A stretch of 63,744 nucleotides of DNA, the filler included, from Octopus bimaculoides (taxonomy: Eukaryota): the NCBI RefSeq assembly GCF_001194135.2. It is 5 parts of 4 records of this genome, joined end to end, with 100 filler letters (N's around TTAATTAATTAA, not from the genome) between each part and the next. Parts side by side here need not be neighbours in the genome. Positions count along the whole stretch, not along the records: positions 12,785 to 27,179 come from NW_026403354.1; positions 27,280 to 39,813 come from NC_068992.1; 3 more parts are not named here. One strand, given 5' to 3'. Below the pieces are notes generated by a model. The model was not told the origin of the DNA and made no database searches. It worked only from the letters and a program-made list of their open reading frames with translations. The position numbers and the translations under genes were made by a program. The stretch's first letter is position 1; each line of letters begins with the position of its first letter. Positions 24,571 through 35,739 of this stretch are shown in pieces.

Positions 24571-24766
24571 CACAGCAAGAAGCAAAAAAGGAATCTGAAC
24601 AAATTTCTACCTGAAATCCCAGATGAACCCACATCGTGACAGGAGGCACAAAGAAGAACGGCTCCGTCCATCTCACGGTACAGAAAAGAGACCCAAACAC
24701 ACTGGAAGGTAGTGCTCCAGCATGGTCCCAGTTTTTGGCTGAAACCAGTAAAAGATAAAAGATAAA
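24571..24766 (+). mobile_element. 3' end of a LINE (clade uncertain, CR1/Jockey-group-like) whose tail matches SINE family C
   Basis: KRNLNKFLPEIPDEPTS*QEAQRRTAPS resembles the LD.FL..IPDEP C-terminus of such LINEs; tail gtgctccagcatggtcccag...ctgaaaccagtaaaagataaaagataaa. Confidence 0.6.
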
Positions 24767-25104
24767 TAAGCACCAGTGTGAGAGCTTCTATGTCCATCAT
24801 GGGCAAACTTCGGCATGCGGAACTTCTTGAATGGTACGCCTCACAAAAAATTCTTAAATTTTTCAAGTAGTATGGCTCGCCTGATGTTCTGTGTCTCATG
24901 CGACCCGCTCCTCGAAAAAAGTTGCCCGTGCCTGTTCTACGTAGTCGCTCGATCTGCTAGATATAGCAGCCAGATATCCGCGAAATCGCATTCCGCTGTT
25001 TGTTTAATTTTTAAAAGGACACAATAGATAAGATATTCTCGATACCCCCGAAATTCAAGATGATCACGACACAAATGGAACGCTTCTTATAAGACTTGTT
25101 AATA

Positions 25105-25322
25105 AGAACACTATTATTTATAATTGTTTCTAATTTAGGCAAAAAATGCTAGCAATTTTGAAAGGAAGAATTTATCAATTAAACAGACCCCAGAACAAAA
25201 ACTGGTATTTTATTAACTCCGAAAGAAATGAAAGGAAGGGTAACTTCGGTGGCATTTGAACTTAAGACACAAAGAGCGGAAGAATAGAAGAGATTTTCTC
25301 CGACACTTTAGCGATTCTGCCA
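25105..25322 (-). mobile_element. Degenerate SINE family A
   Basis: aactggtattttattaactccgaaagaaatgaaaggaagggtaacttcggtggcatttgaact...tagcgattctgcc. Confidence 0.65.
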
Positions 25323-25908
25323 CGCACAAAGCTTGTACCCACAGACCGCAGTTTTTTGTATACACACGTGCACTGCACACGTAACTCTTTTTAAATATAC
25401 TTCAGTAAACGGTATACAGTGTTACATACACACCCAACTGCTCTTTTTATACACTCACATCTTGAACGAGGAAACGTTTTAATGTCAAGTAAAGTAAAAA
25501 AGAGAAAAGAAAATACAGACGAATGAAAATAAAGACAAATAAATCAAAGTCAATAATAAAAGAGAAAGCAAATTCCCGCCCAATGTGTGCAGACGACACG
25601 ATTGATAGAAGCAAGGCGTTAACTAGCAGCCGACAGTTCGTTCATTCATATATTTTCTCCTCTCTTGTACACCCACACTACCACAAGGAAAAGACACTTT
25701 TACTTTACTTTCTCCTTCTTCCTCTCTACTACTCTTTTTTTTTTCTATCCCCCGTCTCCCAGTCACTTTCGTTCCCTCTCTCACTGAGTGTATATATGTA
25801 TGTATATGTGTGTTCGCGCACACGCGTGTGCGCATGTGTGTGTGTGCATATGTATGCACGTGTGTGTTTACACACATATATATAATACATATATGTAGTG
25901 TGCTTTTT

Positions 25909-26511
25909 TGTGGCTCTAAGGGCCTTTGACTATTGTTTCTAGTAATGTAGGTGCTACTCTGCACCTTCCGTCACTATTAAAATCCAGACATTAAAAGCTA
26001 AACGTATTCTCTTTTACTCTTTTATTTGTTTCAGTCATTTGATTGTGGCCATGCTGGAGCAAATCGACCCCAGGTCTTATTCTTTAGATGCCTAGTACTT
26101 ATTCTATCGGTCTCTTTTGCCGAACCGCTAAGTTACGGGGACGTAAACACACCACCATCGGTTGTCAAGCGATGTTGCGGGGGGGGGCACAAACACAGAC
26201 ACACACATACACACATATATATATATATATATATATACATATATACGACGGGCTTCTTTCAGTTTCCGTCTACTAAATCCACTCACAAGCCACTTGCCCA
26301 AGGTGCCATGCAGTGGGACAGAACCCGGAACAATGTGGTAAGTGAGCAAGCTACTTACCACACAGCCACTCCTGCATATTTATATAAAACGAAGGTGGCT
26401 AGACGCAATATAAACCAAAAAGGAAAAATTCAATTGTCACTAATAGTAACTGAGGGTGCACAGTAGCACTTACATTGCTAGAAACAATAGCCAAAGGCCC
26501 TTAGTGCCACA
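25909..26511. repeat. 71-bp inverted repeat pair (25909-25979 and 26441-26511), possible MITE
   Basis: tgtggctctaagggcctttgactattgtttctagtaatgtaggtgctac versus reverse complement tgtggcactaagggcctttggctattgtttctagcaatgtaagtgctac. Confidence 0.65.
26005..26375 (-). mobile_element. Composite SINE: B head, internal (TA)/(TG) microsatellite, C tail
   Basis: C segment 26005-26200, microsatellite, then B reverse complement gacgggcttctttcagtttccgtc...taccacacagcc. Confidence 0.9.
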
Positions 26512-26785
26512 GACACGTGTACCCTCAACGTAGTTCTCGGGGATATTCAGCGTGACACAGTGTGACAAGGCTGACCCTTTGAATTACAGGCACAACAGAA
26601 ACAGGAAGTAAGAGAAAGTTGTGGTGAAAGAGTACAGCAGGGTTCGTCACCATCCCCTGCCGGAGCCTCGTGGAGCCTTAGGTGTTTTCGCTCAATAAAC
26701 ACTCACAACGGTCGGTCTGGGAATCGAACCCGCGATCCTATGACCGCAAGTCCGCTGCCCTAACCACTGGGCCATTACGCCTCCA
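26508..26785 (-). mobile_element. SINE family D, 3'-truncated
   Basis: Near-identical reverse complement of 16232-16512. Confidence 0.9.
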
Positions 26786-27092
26786 CTGCTAATGATTATA
26801 TATACATACAAACATGCATACTGCATATTTGTGTGTGTTTACGTGCGTGCGTGCGGGCACGTGTGCGCCGTGCACACACGCATGTATACTTATATAATAC
26901 ATACATGCATATATGCATGCATACATACATACATACATACATATATACATACATACATACAAATGTGCTTAAATATAAGTTGGTCTCATCTGCTCGTCAC
27001 ATTTTTTTATTGTTGTTGTTGAGGTGGATGAATGGATATGTCTCTCTCTCACACACATACACACAGACACACACACACACTTTCTTTTTTTT

Positions 27093-27137
<45 letters not shown>

Positions 27138-27144
27138 TTCTCTT

Positions 27145-27179
<35 letters not shown>

Positions 27180-27279
27180 NNNNNNNNNNNNNNNNNNNNN
27201 NNNNNNNNNNNNNNNNNNNNNNNTTAATTAATTAANNNNNNNNNNNNNNNNNNNNNNNNNNNNNNNNNNNNNNNNNNNN

Positions 27280-27345
<66 letters not shown>

Positions 27346-28094
27346 GTAAAGAAAAATGGAGAATACATCCGAAGGATAATTACCATAGTCAATTCATATT
27401 GCCTACGCAGCGTTTCAGTGTGTTGCTTCATCCAAATTTGCACTTTTAATGTATGCTATGAGCATACTACATAGGTTAGAAAGTGGTGACTGCACTTATA
27501 AACAGCTGTTCAGCACTACCAAAAGGGTGAATAGTGTTATGATCTAGTTCTTCTGAAATCAACCTATCCCGTGTCCAGTAAGGTCAAAATCAACCTCTGG
27601 CTATTTTTAGAACAGAATCCAAGACGCACATGCTATAATTCAATTGTAATATACTTTTCATCCATTACGATGTGAAAAAAATATAAGTAAATTTGCCTTA
27701 AGGAGGTTTTTGCTTTCAACTTCATAATGCACTTTAAATGAAACCCCGCGTAGGCAATATGAACTGAGTATGATAATTAATAACTAAATTGATTATCCTC
27801 TGTATGTATTCTTCATTTTTCTTTATAATGGTAAAATGTTTTCCCCTATGGAAACATTTATAGAGACAACTAGAATTTCAGAAGTATTAGGTACTAATAT
27901 CGAAGAACCAACGATAAACACTAGTACATATACACATAGAACTTCCAATATCCTTAATCGATATAGAGCTAAATTGGTGTAGGCTTGGTTAAAATTTATC
28001 TCTAGGAAATAAGAACCTCTTTTCATACTAAATTATATGTATGTATGTATGTATGTATATATGTATGTATGTATGTATATATATATATGTATGT

Positions 28095-28255
28095 AAGCGT
28101 GGGTGTGCAGTAAAAAGCTTTACCAACCACATGACTCTGGGTTCAGTACCACTGCGTGGCACCTTAAACCGGTATCTTCTACTATAGCCTCTGTCCGACT
28201 GAGACTTTGTGAGAGGAGTTGATAGACGGAAAACTGAAAGACGCCCGTCATCTGT
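28095..28255 (+). mobile_element. SINE family B head
   Basis: ccaaccacatgactctgggttcagtaccactgcgtggcacctt...gatagacggaaaactgaaagacgcccgtc. Confidence 0.8.
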
Positions 28256-28347
28256 GTGTATGTGTTTGTGTATGTGTGTGAGTGTGTGTGTGTGCGTGCG
28301 TGATTATGTAATTAGATACCCCTTTAAGAGTGGGAGAACCACAATTG

Positions 28348-28389
<42 letters not shown>

Positions 28390-28670
28390 TGTGTGTGTGT
28401 GTGTGCGCGCGCGCGCGTGTGTGTCTATATACATAGACACACACACAACACTAAAGTGAACAAAAGGCGCTATTCTGAACCGATATTGCTAGAACAATCG
28501 TCAGGACTACTCAATAGCCATAGAAGCTTCTGTGACTATTGAGCTTTTTTTTACTTTAATTTCTAGCAATACTGGTGCTGAATACTGCCCTTTTCTCACT
28601 TTAGTGGCGTATATATCTCTGACTCAAGGTTGTAAAATTATGAATTAGCCACCCATTTTATTTATAAATA

Positions 28671-28790
28671 CAGGGTGCAGTGAATAAAGTGTCCTCTATA
28701 TTACGCACAAATGAAAGTAACACTAACTTCTCATTTTTAACAGATATATTTACCGAAATTACATGAATATATATCTTAATTTGCAGAGGA
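28671..28790. mobile_element. Tc1-like terminal fragment
   Basis: TA-CAGGGTGCAGTGAATAAAGTGTCC terminus; no partner end found. Confidence 0.35.
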
Positions 28791-28800
28791 ATTTGTAGTG

Positions 28801-28876
28801 GGTAAGTTTAGCTTAATCGGTCAAAGCATCGTGACGCGTAATCACGGGGATGTGAGTTCGAGTCCACAGCTAGCCA
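28801..28876 (+). tRNA. tRNA-like sequence, probably a Thr(CGT) pseudogene
   Basis: D stem GCTT/AAGC, anticodon stem CGTGA/TCACG with loop CGCGTAA, T loop TTCGAGT, imperfect acceptor stem; G at position 33; TTTT about 11 nt downstream. Confidence 0.5.
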
Positions 28877-30519
28877 CCTACACTTTTCTCTGAAAAATAG
28901 GGGTAGTTTATCCTGTTCAGGCTATATTATTAGCATTATCCTGCGATTGAGAATTTAAAATCACTTCTTTAACTTTCTAAAGACATCTCAACGCTTCTAA
29001 AAGCAAACTTCGTTTGTTTATTTACGTTTGTCGTAATTTGAATTTAACATATGAAAGCGTCTCATATTCCTAGTGTTATCTCGTAATGTTATCTGCACTA
29101 CGAACTTGAATGTGCAGTCGCGTTTTGATTGAGCAAAAATGGCGTTCTGAAGAATGAGACGAGACACGTTTATAGGGACTGTGAATCTGTTTTGCGAAAC
29201 AATTACTATGCTAACAATTAGTTGTCTTGTATGCATTTTTCTAACGTAAATTTATTGAGCGAATATTTTGAGGTTGAAACATGACTCATTTTAAAATAAA
29301 AATATATAACAACAAATTTATGTAAAATTACATTCACAGTTACTGAATATATGGATAAAAATTTATATGTATGCATGTGTGTGTGAGTGTGTGTGTTTGT
29401 GTGTGTGTGTGCATATATATTCTAATTTAGCACTCTTATCTATCGAAATAATTAATCTTAAATCATTCAGTTTACCATTTATAAAATTAATGTCGTTGTG
29501 CTTCATTTAACCCAAGCCAAACCTGATTCCACACATTTATGCTTAAATTCACACCAGCCGTCGCATATTGTTTCGTATAAGTGCGCGGAACTCTCAACAT
29601 TGCTTCCTAACATGCTCTTTGTGAAATTGTAGGGTTTTATGTGGGGTTGATTATGGTACTATTTCTGTCAGAAGTAATAGTTAAAAAACATATATTTATG
29701 ATTCAATGTAATGTCTTAGCAGTGCTGAAATATTGAAGGTTTCAATAGAATTAATATTGTTGTGCAATAGCATTTTCTAGGAAATAATTTATAACAATAG
29801 AAATTTTTAGATCTTTACTGAGAAAATGGTATCAGTGAGAAATCAATTGAAATTTGAAAAATGTTTGAATAACTACGTAAATATAATTACATATTCACAA
29901 ATTCTTATCTCTTAAAACGTTTAACGTTATTAGATTATATATATACAATAAAACAAAGAAAACTCTATCACCACAATTTATATACTTAAAATGATAACAA
30001 AAGTGAAATATAATGCACCTGAAATAACCAATAATTTTAAACATTTTTCTCTTTCAGCTAAGAAATAGTAAGACATACAGAATATTAGGATTATATCAAT
30101 AATGACTTTCAATACTTCTATGAATGAACACGTGTTGTGTATCTGGGAAACGTGGTGTTAATTATTTTTTATATGTTGCTTTTAACGATAACAAGTATTT
30201 AGTTAATATATGATATTAAAGTTTGGTTCATTTAAGCAATATGCAATTTTTCATTATAAATAGCTCAAAGGACGAAGGAATACAAGCTGAACATGTGATA
30301 CGATACATACAATGTATCACTTTATTTTCTGTTTTTGCTAATTATTTTCATGATACTTAATGAAATATATATGCATATATATGGTATTAGAATCTACATA
30401 CGATAAATATTGCCTGATAATTGTATCAGTTTTATTTGAAAATTTCAGAATTTAGATATAAGGAGTATGTTGATCCCCGAAGCGGTATCAGAATATAATC
30501 ACACATATGGTTGTGTGTG

Positions 30520-30566
<47 letters not shown>

Positions 30567-31147
30567 NNNNNNNNNNNNNNNNNNNNNNNNNNNNNNNNNN
30601 NNNNNNNNNNNNNNNNNNNNNNNNNNNNNNNNNNNNNNNNNNNNNNNCCTGTAGTCAATTTTACTGTATGTATGTATGTATGTATCTATGTATATATGTT
30701 TGTATGTATATACGAGTGAATAGACCAACGAAAGAACGGCACTCAACACATTTATTACGAGTTACATGTAACGATCAACACAGTTTGACTTAGACTGCTT
30801 GGTACCCTGAGTTTCAAGCGAGTGGCTACTCTTAGGCCATTGGGATCTGAATGAGAGCTCGATTAAAGAGAGTCGATGCTTACTACTGGACGTTAGTCTG
30901 CGATTGGTCGAGAAATGTCACGTGGTATAGCGGTTTGATGTTGGTATATCAGCGACAATTAGTTGGAAAATACCACATGGTGAACAGGAAATCGACCGTG
31001 TGGTGGACAAGAAATCAGTCGTGTTGTTGGGGGAAGGGGAAAGGGCAGTAGATGTGGGGGTGTATATGTGTATATGTACATGTATATGGACTATAATCAA
31101 CAGGGCGCCATCATATTAACCCGGCGCCCCTAATATATTTTACACGT

Positions 31148-31480
31148 ATGACTCAGTGGTTAGAACATAGAACTTACGATCGTGAGGTTGCGAGTTCGAT
31201 TCCTGGACCGGGCTGTGTGTTGTGTTCTTGAGCAAGACACTTTATTTCACGTTGCTCCAGTTCACTCAGCTGTAAAAATCAGTTGCGACGTCACGGGTGT
31301 CAAGCTGTATCGGCCTTTGCTTTTCCCTTGGATAACACTAGTGGCGTGGAGAAGGGAGGCTGGTAAGCATGGGCTACTGCTGGTTTTCCATAAACAACCC
31401 TGCCCGGGCTTGTGCCTCGGAGGGTAAATTTCTAGGTGCAATCCCATAGTCATTAATGACTGAAGTGTGTCACCCACCTT
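31148..31480 (+). mobile_element. tRNA-derived SINE family E
   Basis: gactcagtggttagaac...gagttcgattcctggaccggg, then ttgagcaagacactttatttcacgttgctccagttcactcagctg shared with 55853-56152. Confidence 0.85.
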
Positions 31481-32264
31481 TCTTTCGTAACTACTGTCAT
31501 TGGTCACCATGAAAACCAAAATTCATCAAAACAGAATATTTTAATAAAGCTAGACATGTGAGACAAGAAGTTGCAGTTTAATAGTAATAAACTAATAAAC
31601 GTTATTTTATAACCTTCTCAACATAATTTGTTCAAGTACCTATAATTTCTGTAATACACGTAGAATTTTTTAAAATTAAAGTTTCAATAAATTACGTCTA
31701 AGTAATCTGTAGTCAAGCTATCATGTATGAAAGAAGTTAACAAAATATTGCTTCTAAATGATGCATGTTATGAATAACCAGTAATATTGGTTGTTTTTTT
31801 CCTTTATCCACCTGCAAGGATTTTATTTCCAATTTAGAAATATTCGAAAGAATATACGACTTCGATATTGGATTTTCATTGTTTCGAACCGATAAAACTC
31901 TCAGAATAACATCAACTGTAATGTAAAAAGAGAGAGAGAGCGAAAAAAACTTGTGTCTGTGTCTGTGTCTGTGTCTGTGTAGCTTTCATTTCGTGTGATT
32001 GTGTAGTATTCTTTGTAATTCTGTGCGCTATGATGCTGTAACTGTATCAGTGATATATCTGTGTGTAACTCTGTTCAGCAACAATAAGGATAATTTAGTT
32101 CAATTTCCGATATAAGGATTTTTATAAACGACTCTAAACGAGTGGACGTGTTGATCAAGGTCACCTTTCTAATGGTGAATATATCATATACAGCTATTTC
32201 TGTTCCTTCGGCTCTATTGCTGTCTGCCACTATAATTTCTGTTTTGTTTTTTTTTTTATCTCAG

Positions 32265-32377
32265 TCATCCGTATAACCGGCACATGTTCTAATGACGAGC
32301 GTATATCTTTAATCTGTAATTATCCTGTCGAACAGCTCAACAGGAATACGTTCTGCTGGTTAAAGCATTATAGTTCG
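32265..32377 (+). CDS. Putative coding exon, Ig-like domain N-terminal half
   Basis: Long polypyrimidine tract plus ctcag acceptor and CG|GTGAGA donor; one open frame (V)IRITGTCSNDERISLICNYPVEQLNRNTFCWLKHYSS with an L-x-C...W-x-K pattern. No homology search done. Confidence 0.35.
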
Positions 32378-32539
32378 GTGAGATTTAAAGCACGTGACAA
32401 TGATTATTCTAGCATGCTAAACAACAATTGATTTAAAATACGAAACAGGAATGAGTGAATTTTTATTTACTTTTCATGCGAAACAAAACATCAATGACTT
32501 CTCTATTTTTCTTTTTTATTTTTCGAAACTTAATTCCAG

Positions 32540-32611
32540 TAATGGAAAGTTTTATTTTACAACCATGTATGAGTAAGCAAACGGGAATTTTCTACTGTGT
32601 TGACGGATATG
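32540..32611 (+). CDS. Putative coding exon, Ig-like E/F strands
   Basis: Pyrimidine tract, cttaat branch-like site and tccag acceptor; MESFILQPCMSKQTGIFYCVDGY fits L-x-I-x6-D-x-G-x-Y-x-C spacing; donor weak. Confidence 0.3.
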
Positions 32612-33054
32612 GTCTGTGGTTTCGTTTCCTATTTGAAACTCCTTTCAATAGCTGAATGTGCTCTGTAATAACATGATCGGAACGATTCTCCATTCCTCCT
32701 CTTCTAAAACGGAGTATATTTGTGGGTCACCATTGTCACTGTCAAAATGGTTGTTGAATTTTGTGCTTTGAAATCCAATATATAAAATAATAAAAATGAT
32801 CGACTAAGATATTAAACTCAAATTTTTTTTAATAACAAGAATCAAAAATAGGTTTTAATTATGATTGTAGAAATTTATAATGCAACTCATCCGGATTTGC
32901 TGAATGTGAAACTGGTTGGTGCTTTTGGTAAATTAGAATCAAAAGTTGGATATATCCACTAACCACAGATTAAGCGAAACACAAATGAAAGACGTTAAAG
33001 TTAAATATTTGCCCTACTTCTACAAATCCTTTTCGAACAAATACTTGACCTGCC

Positions 33055-33209
33055 CCAACATGACCTCAGTTGTGTTGGGGCACCGCCTTGAACAATTTTA
33101 ATCGAACGAATTGACCCCGGTACTTAATCTATTGGTCACTCTTGCGGAACTGCTAAATACACTAACACGGGTTGCTAAAGGACAAACACAGACATAGACA
33201 CACACACAC

Positions 33210-33280
<71 letters not shown>

Positions 33281-33410
33281 TGTGTGTGTGTGCGCGCGCG
33301 CGCGTGGGTGATTAGAATGAGTGTGTGTGTGTGTGTGTGTAAAATATGTACTGTGGTCGATTCGTTCAATTAAAATTATTCAAGGCGGTGCCCCAGCATG
33401 ACTGCAGGCA
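33055..33410. mobile_element. Two SINE family C fragments in opposite orientations around a (TG)n tract
   Basis: gttggggcaccgccttgaac...ttgaccccggtac (33075-33125) and ttcaaggcggtgccccagcatgactgcag (33381-33408). Confidence 0.7.
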
Positions 33411-33843
33411 TACTGGAGAAGATTTGGCTTACAACTGTTTCCGGTAGTCGTTATAGGTACATTACTGATAGGTTTACTCAATTAGTCAATTGATTAATTG
33501 AGGGATTGATAACTCCTTACTATTATATATATATATATATATNNNNNNNNNNNNNNNNNNNNNNNNNNNNNNNNNNNNNNNNNNNNNNNNNNNNNNNNNN
33601 NNNNNNNNNNNNNNNNNNNNNNNNNNNNNNNNNNNNNNNNNNNNNNNNNNNNNNNNNNNNNNNNNNNNNNNNNNNNNNNNNNNNNNNNNNNNNNNNNNNN
33701 NNNNNNNNNNNNNNNNNNNNNNNNNNNNNNNNNNNNNNNNNNNNNNNNNNNNNNNNNNNNNNNNNNNNNNNNNNNNNNNNNNNNNNNNNNNNNNNNNNNN
33801 NNNNNNNNNNNNNNNNNNNNNNNNNNNNNNNNNNNNNNNNNNA

Positions 33844-33881
<38 letters not shown>

Positions 33882-34194
33882 CCGATTTTTAATCTCAAGA
33901 GGACATCTTCTCTAGCTAATTAACGATGCACAGCTAAATCCGAAATATTGTAAGCAGAGGAGTGAACCTCTACCACATTCTAGCGACACGACCAACAGAC
34001 CAGCCTGGTTTCGGGCTGTCTGCCTCTCTTAGACATTTTTAAATTAGCACTTGTTCTAAAATCAGCGACTGTCACTTGAAAGTATATATATTGCGAGCAG
34101 AAGCTAGCCACTGCCATCTCTAGCAGACGAGGTGTCCAGTACCGAAGAGAAACAAAAATAGCCTGAAACCAGGGCCATATTTATATATATGACA

Positions 34195-34320
34195 GGCTAC
34201 TCTAACTTTCCATCTACCAAATCCACTCACAAGTCTTTGGTTTGTTCAAGGCAAGGCAATTGTTATGACCCTTGCCCAAGGTGCCACGCAGTTGGACTGA
34301 ACCTGGAATCACGTTGTTGA
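34195..34320 (-). mobile_element. SINE family B head
   Basis: tttccatctaccaaatccactcacaagtctttgg...ttgcccaaggtgccacgcagttggactgaacc. Confidence 0.8.
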
Positions 34321-34829
34321 GATATAATCCTGGATAGAAAAGATGATGAAAATATAGTGGTAATAGTTGCAATATATTTGATCACTAATATTTGTAATGA
34401 GGCTTATCCGCGTTAATCACCAGAATTATGGTAATACGTTTTCTATTAATCATTTATTCATATATTCCTTTCATCTCGAAATAAAATATTTTTTGTTTAA
34501 TAGTAATCGATTAACAAATGGAACAATGGTGTTAAAATACTGCAAAGAGTAGCAATTTCGCTATTAATTATTTTGCCCTTCATAAAATGCAGATGTATTT
34601 AGGCTGGCAAAGAAATGAGAATATTATCGATACTTCAAGCAGGGTAACACCGGTAAAACGTGGAAGACCATTCTAAATAGGATCCATTCGTAACATTTTT
34701 AAACATCTGCCAACTTATGTGTCAAAATTATTGAATGAATTGAAGATAAAAGAGTAGAATATTGACATAAACAATTATAGATATGCGGAAAATTTACTAT
34801 AACACACAAATGAGCATACATATACATTA

Positions 34830-35150
34830 TCTACGTATATATAAAGATGAAAATGTATGTGTGTATCTGTTTGTGTGTTTGTGTGAATCTCTAAAACTCG
34901 AGAACTACAGAACCAATTTCATTCAAATTTTACACATACCTTAGGAAGGGTCCATGTAGTGTCATAGGCCAAAATAATTTTTAACTTCTTGCCTAGTGTG
35001 AGCCCAGAGCAATATCATCTCTTCTCCACCATTTCAGTATTACGTGTCAAAAGTGAAACAATAACATCTCTCTATTGTAATGTCAGATATTTTCCCTTTA
35101 ATAGTTTCACATTAATACTGAAACTATTAAAGTGAAACTATTATCTCACC
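34830..35150 (+). mobile_element. Non-autonomous Helitron, 5' portion
   Basis: A|TCtacgtatatataaag start, internal (TG)/(TCTG) repeat; homologous to the reverse complement of 50575-50909. Confidence 0.7.
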
Positions 35151-35168
35151 TATACAGGCATACATATA

Positions 35169-35229
<61 letters not shown>

Positions 35230-35242
35230 CATATATATTATG

Positions 35243-35280
<38 letters not shown>

Positions 35281-35289
35281 AATAAAAAT

Positions 35290-35619
35290 AGATATACAAA
35301 ATAAAAATAAAAATAAAAGATATATACAAAAAAGGGTTTTGTATGATCGTGTATAGAGGAATATATTATTTAAAAGAGTTCCAACTCTGTCTGTTTTTTA
35401 TGTTTTATTTATATTATAAAATTAATGTGCGATATAGAATATGGAATATATAATATAATATAAATGGTAAAATAAAATGAAGTGTTGAATGTCTTATTGA
35501 ATATATGAAATATTGAGTATTAAATATAGAGAATCAAATATATAAAGAAAATCAAATATATAAAGGCGAGTACGTACTTTCATGCCTATTGGCATTCATC
35601 AGGCCTCGTCTGACAGACT
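35290..35619 (-). mobile_element. Hammerhead-bearing AT-rich dispersed repeat (family 2)
   Basis: Homologous over about 250 bp to 49433-49682. Confidence 0.85.
35563..35607 (-). ncRNA. Type I hammerhead ribozyme motif with a fully canonical core
   Basis: Minus strand GAGGC-CUGAUGA-AUGCC-AAUA-GGCAU-GAAA-GUACGUAC-UC|GCCUU: helix I 5 bp, helix II 5 bp, palindromic helix III, CUC cleavage triplet. Confidence 0.9.
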
Positions 35620-35739
35620 TTAACATACAGTCTGTTAAGACCATAAAGAAGTCAGCAGTTTGAGAGATTGCATTCCTTTCTGTACACTCCTGCCTTGTCT
35701 TTTATTACACAACTTTTGGAAAACAATAGAATGCAATTT

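Noticed and set aside
29018-29236. 72-aa minus-strand ORF with a gtaaat donor
   Set aside because: Weak acceptor, no recognisable motif and no partner exon.
30903-30925. ATTGG plus GTCACGTGG (CCAAT box and E-box) suggesting a promoter or ER-stress element
   Set aside because: Order and spacing do not match ERSE or ERSE-II; short motifs are expected by chance and no TSS evidence exists.
34004-34173. 14-bp inverted repeat pair cctggtttcgggct / agcctgaaaccagg
   Set aside because: Too short, with no TSD or second copy to support a MITE call.
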